64,000 bases of DNA from Squalus acanthias (GCA_030390025.1 CM059431.1:123382001-123446000); one strand, 5' to 3'; counted from the first letter of the stretch, positions 24,101 through 37,996 are shown. The notes: generated by a model from the letters alone, not told the origin. Made by a program: numbers and translations.

Positions 24101-25386
24101 CCGAGAGCTCAATACTGCAAGAAGCCTAGAGGAGTATGGAAAGTGCAGGGGTAAAATTAAAAAGGAAATTAGGAAAGCAAAGAGAGGGCACGAAAAAATA
24201 TCGGCAAGGAAAACCAAAAGATGTTTTATAAATACATAAAGAGCAAGAGGATAACTAAGGTAAGAGTAGGGCCTATTAGAGACCTTTGTGTGGAGGCGGA
24301 AGGCGTGGGTACAGTTCTTAATGAATACTTTGCGTCTGACTTCATAAAAGATAGGGATGCTGCAGACAATTTATTCAAGTAGGAAGATTGTTAAATACTA
24401 GATGGAATACACATAGTGAGAGACAAAATATTAAGGGGTTTAGCATCTTTGAAAGTATATAAATCACCAGGCCCGGATGAAATGTATCCCAGGCTGTAAG
24501 GGAAGCAAGGGAGGAAATAGCGGAGGCTCTGACCTTCATTTTCCAATCCTCTCTGGCTACAGGCATGGTGCTGGAGGACTGGAGGACTGCTAACGTTGTA
24601 CCTTTGTTTAAAAAGAGAGAAAGGGATAGACTGAGTAATTACTGGCCTTTCATTCTAACCTCGGTGGTGGGCAAATTAGGCAAAAATTCTGAGGGACAGC
24701 ATTAATCGTCATTTAGAATGGCACAGATTAATCAAGGACAGTCAGCATAGACTTGTTAAGGGAAAGTCGTGTCTGACTAACTTGATTGAATTTTTTGAAG
24801 AAGTAACAAGGAGGGTCGATGAGGGTAGTGTGTTTGAGGTAGTCTACATGGATTTTAGCAAGGTTTTTGACAAGGTCCCATATGGCAGACTGCTCAGAAA
24901 AGTAAAAGCCCATGGGATCCAAGGGAAAGTGGCAAGTTGGATCCAAAATTGCCTCAGTGGCAGGAAGCAAAGGGTAATGGGTGGCGGGTGTTTTTGTAAC
25001 TGGAAGGCTGTTTCCAGTGGGGTTCTGCAGGGCTCAGTACTAGGTCCCTTGCTTTTTGTGGTGTATATCAATGATTTAGACTTCAATGTAGGGGGCATGA
25101 TTAAGAAGTTTGCAGATGAAACAAAAATTGGCCAGATGGTTGATTGTGAGGAAGAAAGTTGTAGACTGCAGGAAGATATCAATGGACTGGTCAGGTGAAC
25201 AGAAAAGTGGCAAATGGAATTCAATCCGGAGAAGTGTGAGGTAATGTATTCGGGGCGGGATAACAAGGCAAGGCAACACACAATAAATGGTAGGATACTG
25301 AGAAGTGTAGAGAAACAGAGGGACCTTGGAGTTCATGTCCACAGATCACTGAAGGTAGCAGGACAGGTAGGTAAGGCTTTATTAAC

Positions 25387-25712
25387 AGAATTGAGAGGTC
25401 GCACAACACCAGGTTATAGTCCAACAGTTTTATTTGAAATCACAAGCTTTCGGAGCTATCGATTGCTCCTTCCTCAGGTGAAGTAAATTAGATACAGAAT
25501 CGCCAAAGCATATATAGATAGAAAACAAAGCATGTGTACCTTATGTGTGTGCTTTGGCGATTCTGTATCTAATTTACTTCACCTGAGGAAGGAGCAATCG
25601 ATAGCTCCGAAAGCTTGTGATTTCAAATAAAACTGTTGGACTATAACCTGGTGTTGTGCGACCTCTCAATTTTGTCCACCCCAGTCCAACACCGGCATCT
25701 CCGCATCATGAC
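25387..25712. mobile_element. Foldback Penelope-derived mini-element with hammerhead motifs on both strands
   Basis: Perfect 122-bp inverted arms 25389-25510 / 25550-25671; 10-bp TSD CTTTATTAAC (25377-86, 25713-22). Confidence 0.9.
25579..25620 (+). ncRNA. Minimal hammerhead ribozyme motif (family A); mirror copy on the - strand at 25440-25481
   Basis: TCAC CTGAGGA A GGAGC AATCGATA GCTCC GAAAGCTT GTGA. Confidence 0.8.
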
Positions 25713-26085
25713 CTTTATTAACTGAGGCATAGAATATAAGACGAGTGAGGTTATGCTAGAACTGTATAAAAGACTAGTTAGGCCACAGCTAGTACTGCGT
25801 ACAGTTCTGATCACCACATTGTAGGAAAGATGTGATTGCACTAGAGAGGGTACCAAGGAGATTTACAAGGATGTTGCCAGGACTGGAGAATTTTAGCTAA
25901 GAGAAAAGATTGGATAGGCTGGGGTTATTTTCTTTGGAGCAGAGGAGGCTGAGGCGAGATTTAATTGAGGTGTATAAAATTATAAGGGTCCTATATAGAG
26001 TGGATAGGAAGCACCTATTTCCCTTGACAGAGGTCAATAACCAGGGGGCAAGGATTTAAAGTAATTGGTAGAAGGATTCGAGGGG

Positions 26086-26720
26086 AGTTGCACACCAGCT
26101 GGATGTTGTGGGTGTAGAATCCGTTTCTGTTCCAGTCCATGACAGAGTTGACATGCGGACCCCACAAAGTGATGTACGTGCAGTCAATGGCACCCTGCTT
26201 CATGGCGAAACCTGCAATCTTAGCAATGCCGTGTGCTTGCTTCACCTGCTGGTCTCTGGCAAGAGAGATTGAAATGTAATCAGCTCTCTTTGAATAGAGA
26301 GCCTCAGTGACCTCCCTTACACAACAGTGGACGGCAAACTGCGAGATGTTGCAAATATCTCCAGCTTCAGCCTGGAAGGAGCCTGACGCATAATCGTTCA
26401 TAGCCATGGTCACCTTCACAGTCACTGGCAATGTGGTCGTTGCCTTGCTCTAAGGTTGGAGCTGTGGCTGCAGCAGATGACAGATTTCAGTGAGGACGCC
26501 CTTATTGCAGTGCAGTTGTCTCACACACTGTTCCTGACTGAGGTTCAGGTAGGAGAATTGCTCCCTGAACACCCTGTGCGGATATGGCCTTCTGCTGAGA
26601 GCCCTTCTCCCCCTCCTCCTCCTCCCTCTTCTAGCAGCTTGCCCTGCTCTGTGACACCTCTGCTCATTCTCCCAGTCATGCCGTATTCCAAGGGAAATGC
26701 TTACTAATGCACCCATGTCT
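26086..26720 (-). pseudogene. Harbinger (HARBI1-like) transposase N-terminal half
   Basis: YASGSFQ..GDICNISQFAVH..GAIDCTYI..NRNGFYTHNIQLVC; truncated by the CR1 insertion. Confidence 0.9.
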
Positions 26721-28951
26721 GGCAGAAACTGGTTTCTGCAGAGCCTTGAAGTCAAGATAAAGTCCTTTAGCACTCCCTGTAAACTTTTGCAACTTGAAAG
26801 AACTATGGAAAGCACCAAACACTTGTGGAATCATACCAACAGCCAAAAGAAATCAATCAGCAACTAACCTGTAAGTGGTTGATGATCCCTTTAAATAGCA
26901 CTGGTGGGGAGTCCTTCCTGCTGCTTAATGCTTGTTCAGTCGTGAGAGGTTATGAGAGGGCGTCAGCTGGAACTTTGAACTCCAAAATGGCAACACTGGC
27001 ATTAAATCGGCTTTGCACGCTGATTGATCTACCTGCTCGGCATACTTCCGGTGGATCTTAGCTGCACGCACGGTTACGCCCTCACCAATATGGTGTCTGG
27101 CGTGATTTGCGGCAGAAGTGTGCCGCGCGCATCAGATGTCATTTCGGTCCCCAAACAGCACCTGTAGCGCCCAAAGAACGGGCGCTACAGATCCCAATTT
27201 TGCACCCGAAAAGTTTACATGAGTTGTGGGGTTAGTTAGCATTATCTCAAACAGTGCTATGGAGTTAATGCTCCTTTTGTTCTGGAGTCTGAGCAGTGAG
27301 ATCCCTATATGACCTCTTCTGCTTGTATATTCTTTGGAGCGAGTAATATCTGGTGTTCTGTATCCTCTTTGAATGATCCCTGACTCTCCTTAGTTCTATT
27401 TTGTGTGGCTTCTCCTCCTCCTTCTCCTGCATGGTAATGGCATGAGTGGTATGCCGATAGGAAAAGTCATGCTTCTGAAATAACCTGACTGTGGGATCAC
27501 AGGTATTCAAGAATCTGCGGGTGGGCTGAGCCTGTGAGAGACAAAAGCAAGTGTAGGTCTTTGTGGAGAAAAATGAATAAAAAGGGTCCAAAAGGCATTT
27601 CCAAGTTGCGTAAATCAATGTACAAAATGACTCTTCAAGCTCACAAAGTCCTCATCTCCACCTTGATCAGGTAATCCTGGCAGGTGCTGAGCCTAATATG
27701 TCTCAACCAGAATGCAATAGCAGTGGAAAACCAGGATACGTGCAGCCGCTGTGCTATTGGCTATCCCCCTGAGGTCAGTGGGGATCCAGCGAGCGGATCG
27801 CGAAAAGGCTCAAAAAACTGTGGTGGGGGGAGGGCGAAGGGTGAGTGTTTTAAAGGCACACAAGCAGCCTTTGGCTTCCGCATGAATTCCCTCGTTATAA
27901 TCTGCTGAAAATGGTGAAGAAAGTTACCCCCATTGTGTCCTACCCTTGAGCCAATTTCTTATCCATACCCAGGTTTTACCCTGAAGCCTGGTTAGAGATT
28001 CACTGGTGCCAGATTTTCCTCCTCAGCCATGTCAAGGTGCAAACATTCCTGAATGGCAAAGCTGCGAGGGCACACTCAGCAGGCTATCACTATTCTGGAC
28101 ACCCGATCTGGAGCATAATACAGATTCTCTCCCCACCTGTCCAGGCAGCAAAAGCCCACTTTCAACACCCGATGGTCCTCTTGATCCCCACAACTTTGAG
28201 TTAAATTAGTTACCTTATGTGTGGAACATTATGAAATGCTTTTTAGAATTCTAAGTGCACAATGTTGTAAGGTTTACTTGGGTTGTCACTTCCACAACAA
28301 GCGTGCAGTGCGTTACCCTGCCAGCCCCAGTGAGGTAGTTGAACTTCTTGCGACACTGTTGTCCAGTCCCGGGAGTGAGAGAGTTGGGACTCCGTGTCAG
28401 TGCCACCTCCCTCCAGGCTGCATGAGTTACATAAAGAGCTGCCTCTCTGTGTGTCTTGGCGTGGGGTGAAATTGTTAATCAGGCGCTCCAGCACAGCGCG
28501 CCTGAATTATTATGATGAGGCCCAAGGGCAAATTTAGTTCGGTCCTCAGAGCCTCTCCGTTGTAGCGCTCTGTCACTGTGTACTTCTGGAATTGTGAATG
28601 CTACTACTATTCAGAGGTCACCTTATGGAGGTTTATTTTATTAAAGTAGCACTCTGTTTAATATATTGAGATCCTTTGTTTTTAAACCAAAATTATCCTT
28701 TTTGTAAATGAATAAAAGTTAAAATAAATAAAGCTTGAAGGTAAAACCTAGGAGCTTAAAGCGCTTGGAAGAATATCTCCTCAGTGTCCATTCTCTATCG
28801 CTGTACTGTTCTCTACAGTAAATAAAACCCATCAATTTCTCATTCCATGCCACACCCCAAAGCAGAAAGGAGACACAACACCATTTCTGCAACATTCCAA
28901 TAATAAATTTATCCACAAGCAGTAACCACATATATTGAAGAACAATATTAA

Positions 28952-29885
28952 CTAATGACCCTTGTGCAAACCCTTACTTGCCCTCTTTACAGTGCCTTTT
29001 CCTAATCTAGTGCTCCTACGTAGTGTCTCCCCAGTGGCTGCAGAAGGGCTGGTGAAAGGCTGCTGAGTGTCGGTGCCAGAAACTACAGATGGCCCTGCAG
29101 AATGCCCTCGACCAGCTCTGGGTCTGGAAGGCCCGGCTGTACACTGCGCCATCTCAGGATGGGCGGTGGCAGTCAGGACTGGCTGGATGACAGGCAGTGG
29201 CAAGGGCAATGGCGGAGTGGCAGTGGTGGGGTCAGGAAAGTTGTCATCCTCAGACAGGACAGCAGGTTCCTGCTCCATTGACACAATGCCTCCCCCGGGG
29301 CAGCACCTCAGCATCCTACTAATCTGTTGCAGCACAGATTGCTGGGCTGCTGCGACACCATGTGATCCCCGGTGGACTGTGGTGGACCCAGCGACGATGG
29401 CAGCAGTCAGAGCTTTCGTGGCATCCAGCTGAGACTGCATGAAAGCAGTCTGAGACTGGATGACATCAACCACTGACTGCATTACAGCTCTAAGATGTTA
29501 CGTGGCTTCCGCCTGTGCTGCAGTGGATGCTGCCACATCACCCATGACACGCGGCATGAGGTTTGGATCCCCACGGTCTCTCAGGGAGTCCACTTTCGTT
29601 TGCAGACTGCCAAGGATGGGTTCCATGGTATGCGCAGAGCACACAGTTGGAGCTGGACTCCTCCACGCTCCATCCCATTGCCGATAGGCTCTCGGGCACC
29701 CTTGCCATTGCACATATCATCTTGGTGTGCATGCTCATCACCCTTCTTGTGAACGCCTCCCCATCGAGGTCCTCATCTGAGTCCTGCGCAGCAGAACTCG
29801 TGCATGAACTCGCCCTCCGGGGAGCTGGCTCCCGAGCTACCCTTTCCCCCTGGCCTTGCTGCAGCCCGCTTGTCCCCGCAGTGCA
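28952..29885 (-). mobile_element. Harbinger Myb/SANT-gene last-exon remnant
   Basis: QSQLDATKALTAAIVAG..GPSRPRAGRG..QQPFTS..LRRSTR; homologous to 59640-60518. Confidence 0.85.
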
Positions 29886-30384
29886 GAAAATATCACTACA
29901 TATAGCAAAATTATATTCCCATCACCAATTTGGACTCTCTCAATGTTCTGTTGAACTGCAATAGCTATTTCTGGGAGCTCCAATATGAAAACAATTTGCT
30001 GAAAATCCGAACAAAGTGAACCTAAATTCACCTGTAAGTATGGGTCCCTAATAATGAGTTATAAACCAGACTGAAAATTGTTTTCGAGGCCACATTTCTC
30101 TCTTACCAGAATAAAAATATAGGCATTCCATTCTATCAAATACATTTCCAGCATCAGCCATGGTAGCTGCAATAGAAATCATATGAAGGGTCCTCCCCAT
30201 ACTGTGATCAAGAGAGATCAGGACTTGATAGCTCAGCACCTTATTAAGCAGCTACTGCTAGGTAGGTCCATTCTCTTCTGTTGCATCTTTGTTAAAAATA
30301 CATTCCATGTTTGCTGAAGTCCTTAGCGGCTGTTTTTTCTGTGCGAGCTTTGTTATTCATTGGAAGCTTTAGCTCAGAAATTAT

Positions 30385-31140
30385 GCATACGAACATACGA
30401 ATTAGGAGCAGGATTCGGCTACTTGGCCCTTCGAGCCTGCTCCGCCATTCAATAAGATCATGGCTGATCCGATTACTCCACATTCCCGCCTACCCCTGAT
30501 AACCTTTCACCCCCTTGCTTACCAAGAATCTATCTACCTCTGCCTTAAAAATATTCAAAGACTCTACTTCCACCGCCCTCTGAGGAAGAGAGTTCCAAAG
30601 ACTCACGACCCTCTGTCAGAAAAAGTTTCTCCTCATCTCTGTCTTAAATGGGCGACCCCTTACTTTTAAACAATGACCTCTAGTTCTAGATTCTCCCACA
30701 AGAGGAAATATCCTCTCCACATCCACCCTGTCCAGACCCCTCAGGATCTTATACATTTCAATCAAGTCACCTCTTACTCTTCTAAACTCCAGCGGATACA
30801 AGCCTAGCCTGTCCAACCTTTCCTCATAAGACAACCCGCCCATTCCAGGTATTAGTCTAGTAAACCTTCTCTGAACTGCTTCCAATGCATTTACATCCTT
30901 CCTTAAATAAGGAGACCAATACTGTACACAGTACTCCAGATGTGGTCTCACCAATGCCCTGTATAACTGAAGCATAACCTCCCTACTTTTGTATTCAATT
31001 CCCCTCACAATAAACAATAACATTTTATTAGCTTTCCTAATTACTTGCTGTACCTGCATAGTAACCTTTTGTGATTCATGCACTAGCACACCCAGATCCC
31101 TCTGCATCTCAGAGCTCTGCAATCTCTCACCATTTAGATA
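30385..31140 (-). mobile_element. CR1 3' fragment
   Basis: QRDLGVLVH..LVRPHLEYCVQYWSP; tail (catacgaa)n. Confidence 0.95.
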
Positions 31141-31463
31141 AATTGTGCCAAAATAGACAATTTAGAACAGGGGGTGGAACTTGGAAACATAAGACTTCTA
31201 TTCCTTTTTCATAGTGCTGCAAATTCCAGCAAATGTGGGGCCAGGGTTAAGATGCACTTAAGACGCCATCCATCAGAATTCTTATTGTTTCCGTCAGTAC
31301 TGGTTTTGACTTTTTTATGCCTATATAAAGGTGTGAGTTGCCAGGATCAGTAGATAATGCAGGAATTTACTGGTTACAGAGTTTTTGAGTGTCCTCAGAC
31401 TTTGATATATATCTCTGCTGTCATTGGAGCAATTTAAATTATTTTTTGTAGTTTGATCCACAG

Positions 31464-32200
31464 GGTACAGAGAGACCTGGGTGTTCTTGTACACCAGTCA
31501 CTGAAGGCGAGCATGCAGGTGCAACAGGCGGTCAAGAAGGCAAACGGTATGCTGGCCTTCATAGCAAAAGGGTTGGAATACAGGAACAGGGATACCTTGC
31601 TGCAGCTGTACAGGGCACTGGTGAGACCACACCTCGAGTACTGTGTACAGTTTTGGTCGCCTCATCTGAGGAAAGATGTTCTTGCCATGGAGGGGGTGCA
31701 GCGGCGATTCACCAGGCTGATACCAGGAATGGCGGGATTGACCTATGAGGAGAGACTATGTAGTTTAGGGATGTACACACTGGAGTTTAGAAGATTGAGA
31801 GGGGACCTCATAGAAGTGTATAAAATTCTGACAGGTCTAGACAGACTAGATGCAGAAGGAATGTTTCCCTTGGCGGGTGAGAACAGAACTAGAGGACATA
31901 ATTTAAGGATAAGGGCTAAACCATTTAGGACAGAAATGAGGGGGAATTTCTTCACTCAGAGGGTGGTGAACCTGTGGAACTCATTGCCACAGAGGGCAGT
32001 GTACGCCAGCTCATTAAATATATTTAAGAGGGAATTAGATATATTTCTACAGGCAAAAGGGGTTAAGGGTTACGGAGAGAAGGCGGGGACGGGATACTGA
32101 ATTGGAGGATCAGCCATGATCTCATTAAATGGCGGAGCAGGCTCGAAGGGCCGGATGGCCTACTCCTGCTCCTATCTTCTATGTATCTATGTATCTATGT
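31464..32200 (+). mobile_element. CR1 3' fragment with an uninterrupted RT C-terminus
   Basis: VQRDLGVLVH..EYCVQFWSPH..WNSLP; tail (CTATGTAT)n. Confidence 0.95.
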
Positions 32201-32299
32201 ATAGCTTCTGCAAACTGCTTTTCAACAGTTCTGGCTATATTTTTTCACCCTTTATATATTTATCCTCTTAGTCACACAGTTCCCTATGGACATATCCTG

Positions 32300-32800
32300 A
32301 TGGTGAAGGTAGAACAGGAGCAAGTTGAATAGGACTTGAGAGAGGCACAAGAATGAGGCTGCACCAGGGGAGGATGAGAGCTAACTCGGCATTACACTTT
32401 TTGCCAGAGTTTTACAGACCACCCCACTCCTTCAAACATACTTCGGAGGAGATCTGTTGGAGAAAGCTACACTTCGTAAAGAAGTTCTGGAGGAATACTG
32501 TGTGCTGCTGCAACCAGACCTCCAACCCTCCGCTCGCACAAGTACTGCACTGTCAGTCCAAGTGAAGGTCACTACAATCCTCAATTTTTATGCAACTGGA
32601 TTCTTTCAGGCAACAACAGGTGGCTTCACCAACATCACCCAGTTTGCAGTCCATTCCTCTAATTGTGAAATTACAGATACTCTTTTCATCAAGGCATTTG
32701 AAATGATCAGTTATGGAATCTCAGCGCAAGAAAGAAACCAGAAGGCTTTAGGGTTTTACCATGTGGCAGGCATCCTAGGGTGCAACGGCTGTAGATGGCA
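32300..32800 (+). mobile_element. Old Harbinger transposase fragment
   Basis: TALSVQVKVTTILNFYATGFFQ..NITQFAVH, homologous to 26200-26450. Confidence 0.8.
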
Positions 32801-33487
32801 CTTGGTATTTGTATTATTATGCAGCTACTATTTTATATTAAGAGGATAATTAAGCACAGCGCATGCTGCGGTTAGGCATCAACCAATTTGGGGAATGTAT
32901 CTGAAATAGGCGTTATGCCCCCGATCTGCCTCAGCAATTGGTCTAACGCCTATTTCAGGTGGAGACCCTGGATGACTATAGGGTGCCCTAATCAATATGG
33001 CAAGCATCGCATATCCAGTAAGGAATGAGCACATGCCTCGCGCCATATTGGACCCTTCTGTGCCCATTTTCGCCTGAAAAATGGATGCTGCATGATCACT
33101 TTTTAGGCTATTATGTCAGTCAATGAATATGCAGAAATAATGAACCTCTTAGTGGGACAGAAAGAAATTACCCCACCTGTGCATTTATAAAGATCAGCAG
33201 TTGGCTATGTTCCCTACATTCTACCAAGGTTACAGTGTAGAGCTATAAAGAATCTTGGTAAGACAACCAATTAAGATGTTAACGCTTGTTTGCATACTTA
33301 CTTTACATCAACCATCCAAATTTCTTCCTCATCTGTTTCCAGGTTCAGACCACTGGAAAATCTATGATATGCACTCTCACAGTACATTAACTGGATAACT
33401 GTTGTTGTTCAGATAATGTACTGCTCTAGGAAAAGCACTAAAGTTTGAGCTCTGTTACCTGAAATGTTGCAAGCTACAGAATATAAT

Positions 33488-33675
33488 GGGTAATTTTCTG
33501 ACTTCGCACTTCTGGTGTGGAGCCTTTTATTCTCAGAAGTGCATATTAAAATTCAGACAGCAGTGGCAAATGATTTTGTAATCACTTAAACTAATGGTAG
33601 GAAAATGAAGCACTGCATGTGTCTGATCATAGGTAAGGCTCCTCACTGGGAGTGCATAATCGTAAAATTATCCCC
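33488..33675. mobile_element. Degenerate palindromic MITE
   Basis: gggtaatttt / aaaattatcccc termini. Confidence 0.5.
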
Positions 33676-33879
33676 ACTATTGTTCAATTCTTGGTGTGTG
33701 CTGATATAGCTGATTTCAGCCAGTAGGGATAATAACAACCTTATGCAAGCACAAAGATCCTTAAATCCATGAGAGTAAACAGAATATCCTCTTATCCCTC
33801 TGAGATGCTATTCTATGTACTTTGCAATCAGTTGACATGGACTATTCTAAGTGGTCCCCATAGACCTCAGACCTAATCC

Positions 33880-35600
33880 AGTGCCTCCATATTGCCTGGT
33901 TCTCTCATGGAGTGGGGAAGGTATGCAGATGATCCTAGAGCTGCCACATATTCCCAGATGAAGTGCGATGGTGTGAAACCCTCTTGGATGTTGGTGTACA
34001 GCAGGGCAGTGGATTACCCTGCTATTACAGCCATTGTCCGCACATTTGAGAGGTCATGCAGAACATCTGTATGTGTTTGAAGCTCTTCATTTTTTCACGG
34101 CAGAACTCCTGTGATCATCATCCAAAAATTTTGTAGCTAGGTGCTAATACTTTTTAAGCGACCATTCAGCTACTTGAGGTTCCACTTCCACAACAACATC
34201 CTTTGGCTTCCTTGTGCTCTGTGTCTCACCATGTGTTAATTACTCATCTACACTATTTGTATCCCACTGCCACCCCCACCAAACCCCACCCCCACCCCCA
34301 ACCTCTCACACCCCCCATGACTGTCTTTGAACTGCTGATTATAAGACAGAGGATGAATAACAGAGTGGGTATGAGGATGCCAATATTGACAGAGGTAGAG
34401 GGGACGTCAATCTCTTGCCAATCATCACCCTTCTCTTCTGTTTCCTGGCATGTACCCTCTGGAGGAAAAAACATACTGCAGTTAACTGGGGTCTGAATGA
34501 CCAACATGCTGTGTGAAACAGTGTCTTTATGGGTCTCTTATGTGGAAGCTGGTAGCTGCTGGAGAGATTGAAGAATACATAGAAATATTATATAAGAAAA
34601 GATGACGCCATTAAAAACATGTTCACTCCCACATCTCCATCCCCAATTACCTGGCCAGTGTTTGTTCAAGTGATTAACAGTGCCATCTCTTCATCTTAAG
34701 TTAATGTGCCGATGTCTGCCCTTTTTCCCCAGTTCCCTGCCATCCCCTGGTAATGTGTGCTAGCTTCTCCTGCAGGAGGATGGCATTGTTTTAACGTTGC
34801 TGCAGCAGTTTCCAGATACTGTCAGGATGTGTGGAATGGATGGTAATAATAGTAGATAGAAAGAAACAAGGACCTAATATGAGTGGCTTCAATGTGCTCA
34901 CATGTATTACAGAATGTGATAAAATTGACATGGCAGATGCCAGGTTAAAATGCAACTGGGGCAAGAAACCAAGTTCTGTGTGATACCCAAAGGGAATTGC
35001 CTGAAAATTGTGGCAGGGAATATCCATTAGCCTCTCTGTATTTCAGCTTCCCTGTTATTCAGCTGACAATTTACTTACCTTTGCTGATCTTATGAGGTCA
35101 TTAAACTTCTTCTGACACTGCAGAAGGGTCCTTGGGATTATGGACGTGCCACTCACTGACACAGCCATCTCCTTCCACGTGCTCATGCTATTACTTTGGG
35201 TGGCTTCTTTCTAGCTATTCCAACAATTTTATTCCTCCTTTATTTTATTTCTGAGAGCAAAACTTAAACAACAGCTTCAGAAAAAATTGATGCTTGTCTT
35301 TTCCTCTTCCTGCAGCTGCCATTATGCGAATTCTTACCAAAGCCTCCTCATCCCTTTAAAAGAAATAATCCCTTTAAATCAGGATGGTTTGCCCATTTTC
35401 CACTCCCTTGCTGAATTTTCTGATCTCCCTACTGTATTTGGTCTACTGCTGGCAGGACTCATGGCCTTGTCCCACTCAGCATGATGCAAAGCAGCTGATG
35501 CTGAGATTTCTGATAGATTGCATGACCTTAGATATTGGTGGATGGAAGTCCTGTTCTGTCACGCTTCTGCTGAAGTAATCAGGTGCCCACGAATTTTAGG
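33880..35600. mobile_element. Highly decayed Harbinger remnant
   Basis: - strand ~35078-35125 reads QCQKKFNDLIRSAK followed by a gtaagt donor; boundaries approximate. Confidence 0.5.
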
Positions 35601-36077
35601 TGCACAGTCTAGTTCATATGTGGCGGGAGATCTGCTTACTGATGCTGAACCCAAGTAGTATTTCTAGCATAAAAAGCCAGAAATCTTAACAGTTTCCTCC
35701 TGTACAAACCATTTACTTCTTCTCCACTATGAGCATGAGCCGGTGGTGGTAGTCTATATGTTCCCCTTTTAGTAGCTGTACTACTGGTGGAAGGTGAATT
35801 GCCTGACTGTGATCCTTCAGATTGTGCATTTGGAATCATTAAGGGATCAACAATGCTCCCTGATGGGAAGTGGCATAGAGAAGGATATCGTGAAGCATTA
35901 TCACAGTGTGCTTCTTGGCTTCCAATGGAACATCAAAAGAAATGTGACTAGGGTGGCATGATATCATGGATAAGTTGCTGTCCAATTCTCTGCATTTGCA
36001 GTGCAGTACATCAACCATTGCAGATGGGCACCTTCTTAAGCCTGACACTAAGCCTTCTGAGGACATGAAAATGTATA

Positions 36078-36779
36078 GGCCCTGATATTTACGGGGAGGT
36101 GGGAAGGCTGCAGGTGAGGCCGAAAGCGACAGGTGAACCCAGCAAGGCCGTAGACGCAAAGGTCCTGCCGAACTTAATGGCAGGACCACATTATCATTTT
36201 TTGGATCCGTTTCCCAACTGGCAGCCGGCCAAATTGACAGCCTGCACAGTGGCTGGAAGGGAAAACCAACGGGAGGAGGCCATAGCCGGGGACTTGAGGA
36301 CAGTCCTCGGAAATCGGGAGTGCGAAGGTCTGCCATGGCAGCAGGGGGGAAAGAGATGGCATTGGGGCTGAAAAGGGATAGGTCAGACATCATGGCAGGG
36401 GATAGAGAGAGACCACGATCAGCAGAGGGAAGGCCGAAGTCTTCCTTAAAGGACCAGGGGAAGCACTCCTGCTCCTCCTGGTCCACCAGGAGTGCTGGAA
36501 AAGACACTTAGCTTGGGGCAGCTCCTGCCTCCCTTTCACTGCCAGGTTTCCCGACCCCTGGGAAACCCAAATCGACCTCGCAATTGCACTGTGGGAGCCC
36601 AATTTTAATATGTTAATGAAGTGCCCTACCTCTCCATGGCGGGACACTCAGACACCGTAAAAACAGCAACAGGCGCGTGTGCAGCAGGTTAGGGTCACAT
36701 TTCATGCATTTGATGGTTTAAAACACCACGCCATCCATCGACACGCTCGCGCCCATCGTGCGGGTTTAATATCGAGGCC
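36078..36779. mobile_element. Non-autonomous TIR element (Harbinger-like)
   Basis: ggccctgatatt / aatatcgaggcc termini, GC-rich interior. Confidence 0.55.
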
Positions 36780-37996
36780 TATATATTTAAATTGAACAAA
36801 ACCTTGCATCGTGTTTTCTTTCTACAGGATTATGTTTTCCTAATTGCAGGCCTTATAAGATGGTAGACCGCTTGTCAGACATAACAAAAGTCAAAGCATG
36901 TTGGAGCAAAGCCTCTTATATCTTGTATAAGGTTACACACCAGGTGGTTTCTTCTTGATCCAACTGCTGGTCCAGCATATTATAGATGTCAGCAAAGAAG
37001 GTATTAATCTATAAGATCCAAGTATGAAGCTCAAACATGGAAGCTACTCAGATAGCAGCCTCCATCCTGCTCAATCTCTTTGCTGTCAAAATATGCATGG
37101 TGACCCTAATGTGCTGCTGTTCCACTATCCTGTTTCATAGCAGGCCCACTAATAACTGAATCTGACCATACCTTTCTTTGGGTCTCAGGCCGAGGGCCTT
37201 TACAACCCCTCATTGGCTTCTGCAAACCACTTTCAGATAATGGGGGTTCGAACATCTGCTCCTCTGCTGATGATTCACTAGGTTGTGGAAGTGTAGGTGG
37301 GTCTGTTTCTGTGTTAAGATAAAAATATTATAAAGGAAGAATGCTGCAGGCTGATCAGCATATGAAAAGAAAAAAACAGGTTCATGTTCTGGGCGTAGGC
37401 TCTGCCTCAGAACTCCCAGAGAAGGATCTATAAAACATTAACCTAGCTTATCTCTTTTCAGGTGCTAACAGAGCTATTGGGTATATTTCCAACATTTTCG
37501 GTTTTTATTTCAGATCTTGAGCATTTACAATTCCTCTTTTTTATCTCTTCTGTTTCTATGCTGGCAATGCACTGCAGGCAATGTTACCTCATTTCATACA
37601 TAGCTACTTATTTCAATCAAGTCTATTCAGGAAGTATTTAAAAAAAAATCAAAATCATCTTATCGCTGCTGCAATATGATTGTGAAATGAAGGACCAAAT
37701 CTTTACAATGGTTGAATTGAGCTATAAGAGGGCAATTCAGACAGTTACATTGCTCTCATCAAATAACATCTAAAACTATCACTGGTCCCACAATACATTG
37801 TCAGACCAGTGCCAGTTGCAATACTTCTATCTTTTAAATGGATCTTCCATAGATGGTCAATTTGTCCTTGTATTTTTCTTTAAACTGCTGTTTCCCAGTA
37901 ATTTTCCTGGGTAGCCAGGAAAATGAAGTCAATTTTTGATATTAATAGTGGTGCATATGCTTTTTTATAAGATGTTGAGGTTTGTGAAAAGAGTAA

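Larger units (their letters stand above)
22830..26085 (+). mobile_element. CR1 LINE: end of ORF1 (SGNH esterase-like) plus disrupted ORF2 (APE + RT), 3' truncated
   Basis: WCRREGFRFLRHWD..LHLNRAG; EHFGDSDH; FFEEVT..YMDFSKVFDKVP..QGSVLGP..KFADET; many stops. Confidence 0.93.
18448..27207. mobile_element. PIF/Harbinger transposon (convergent Myb/SANT gene and transposase) with nested insertions
   Basis: TIR-like ends ggggttaaattggat / atcccaattttgcaccc; Myb/SANT ORF RLSEVALEALVEEVKSRRDVLYP..QWEQIA (18751+), continuing at 22223-22795; transposase on the - strand at 26086-26720. Confidence 0.75.
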
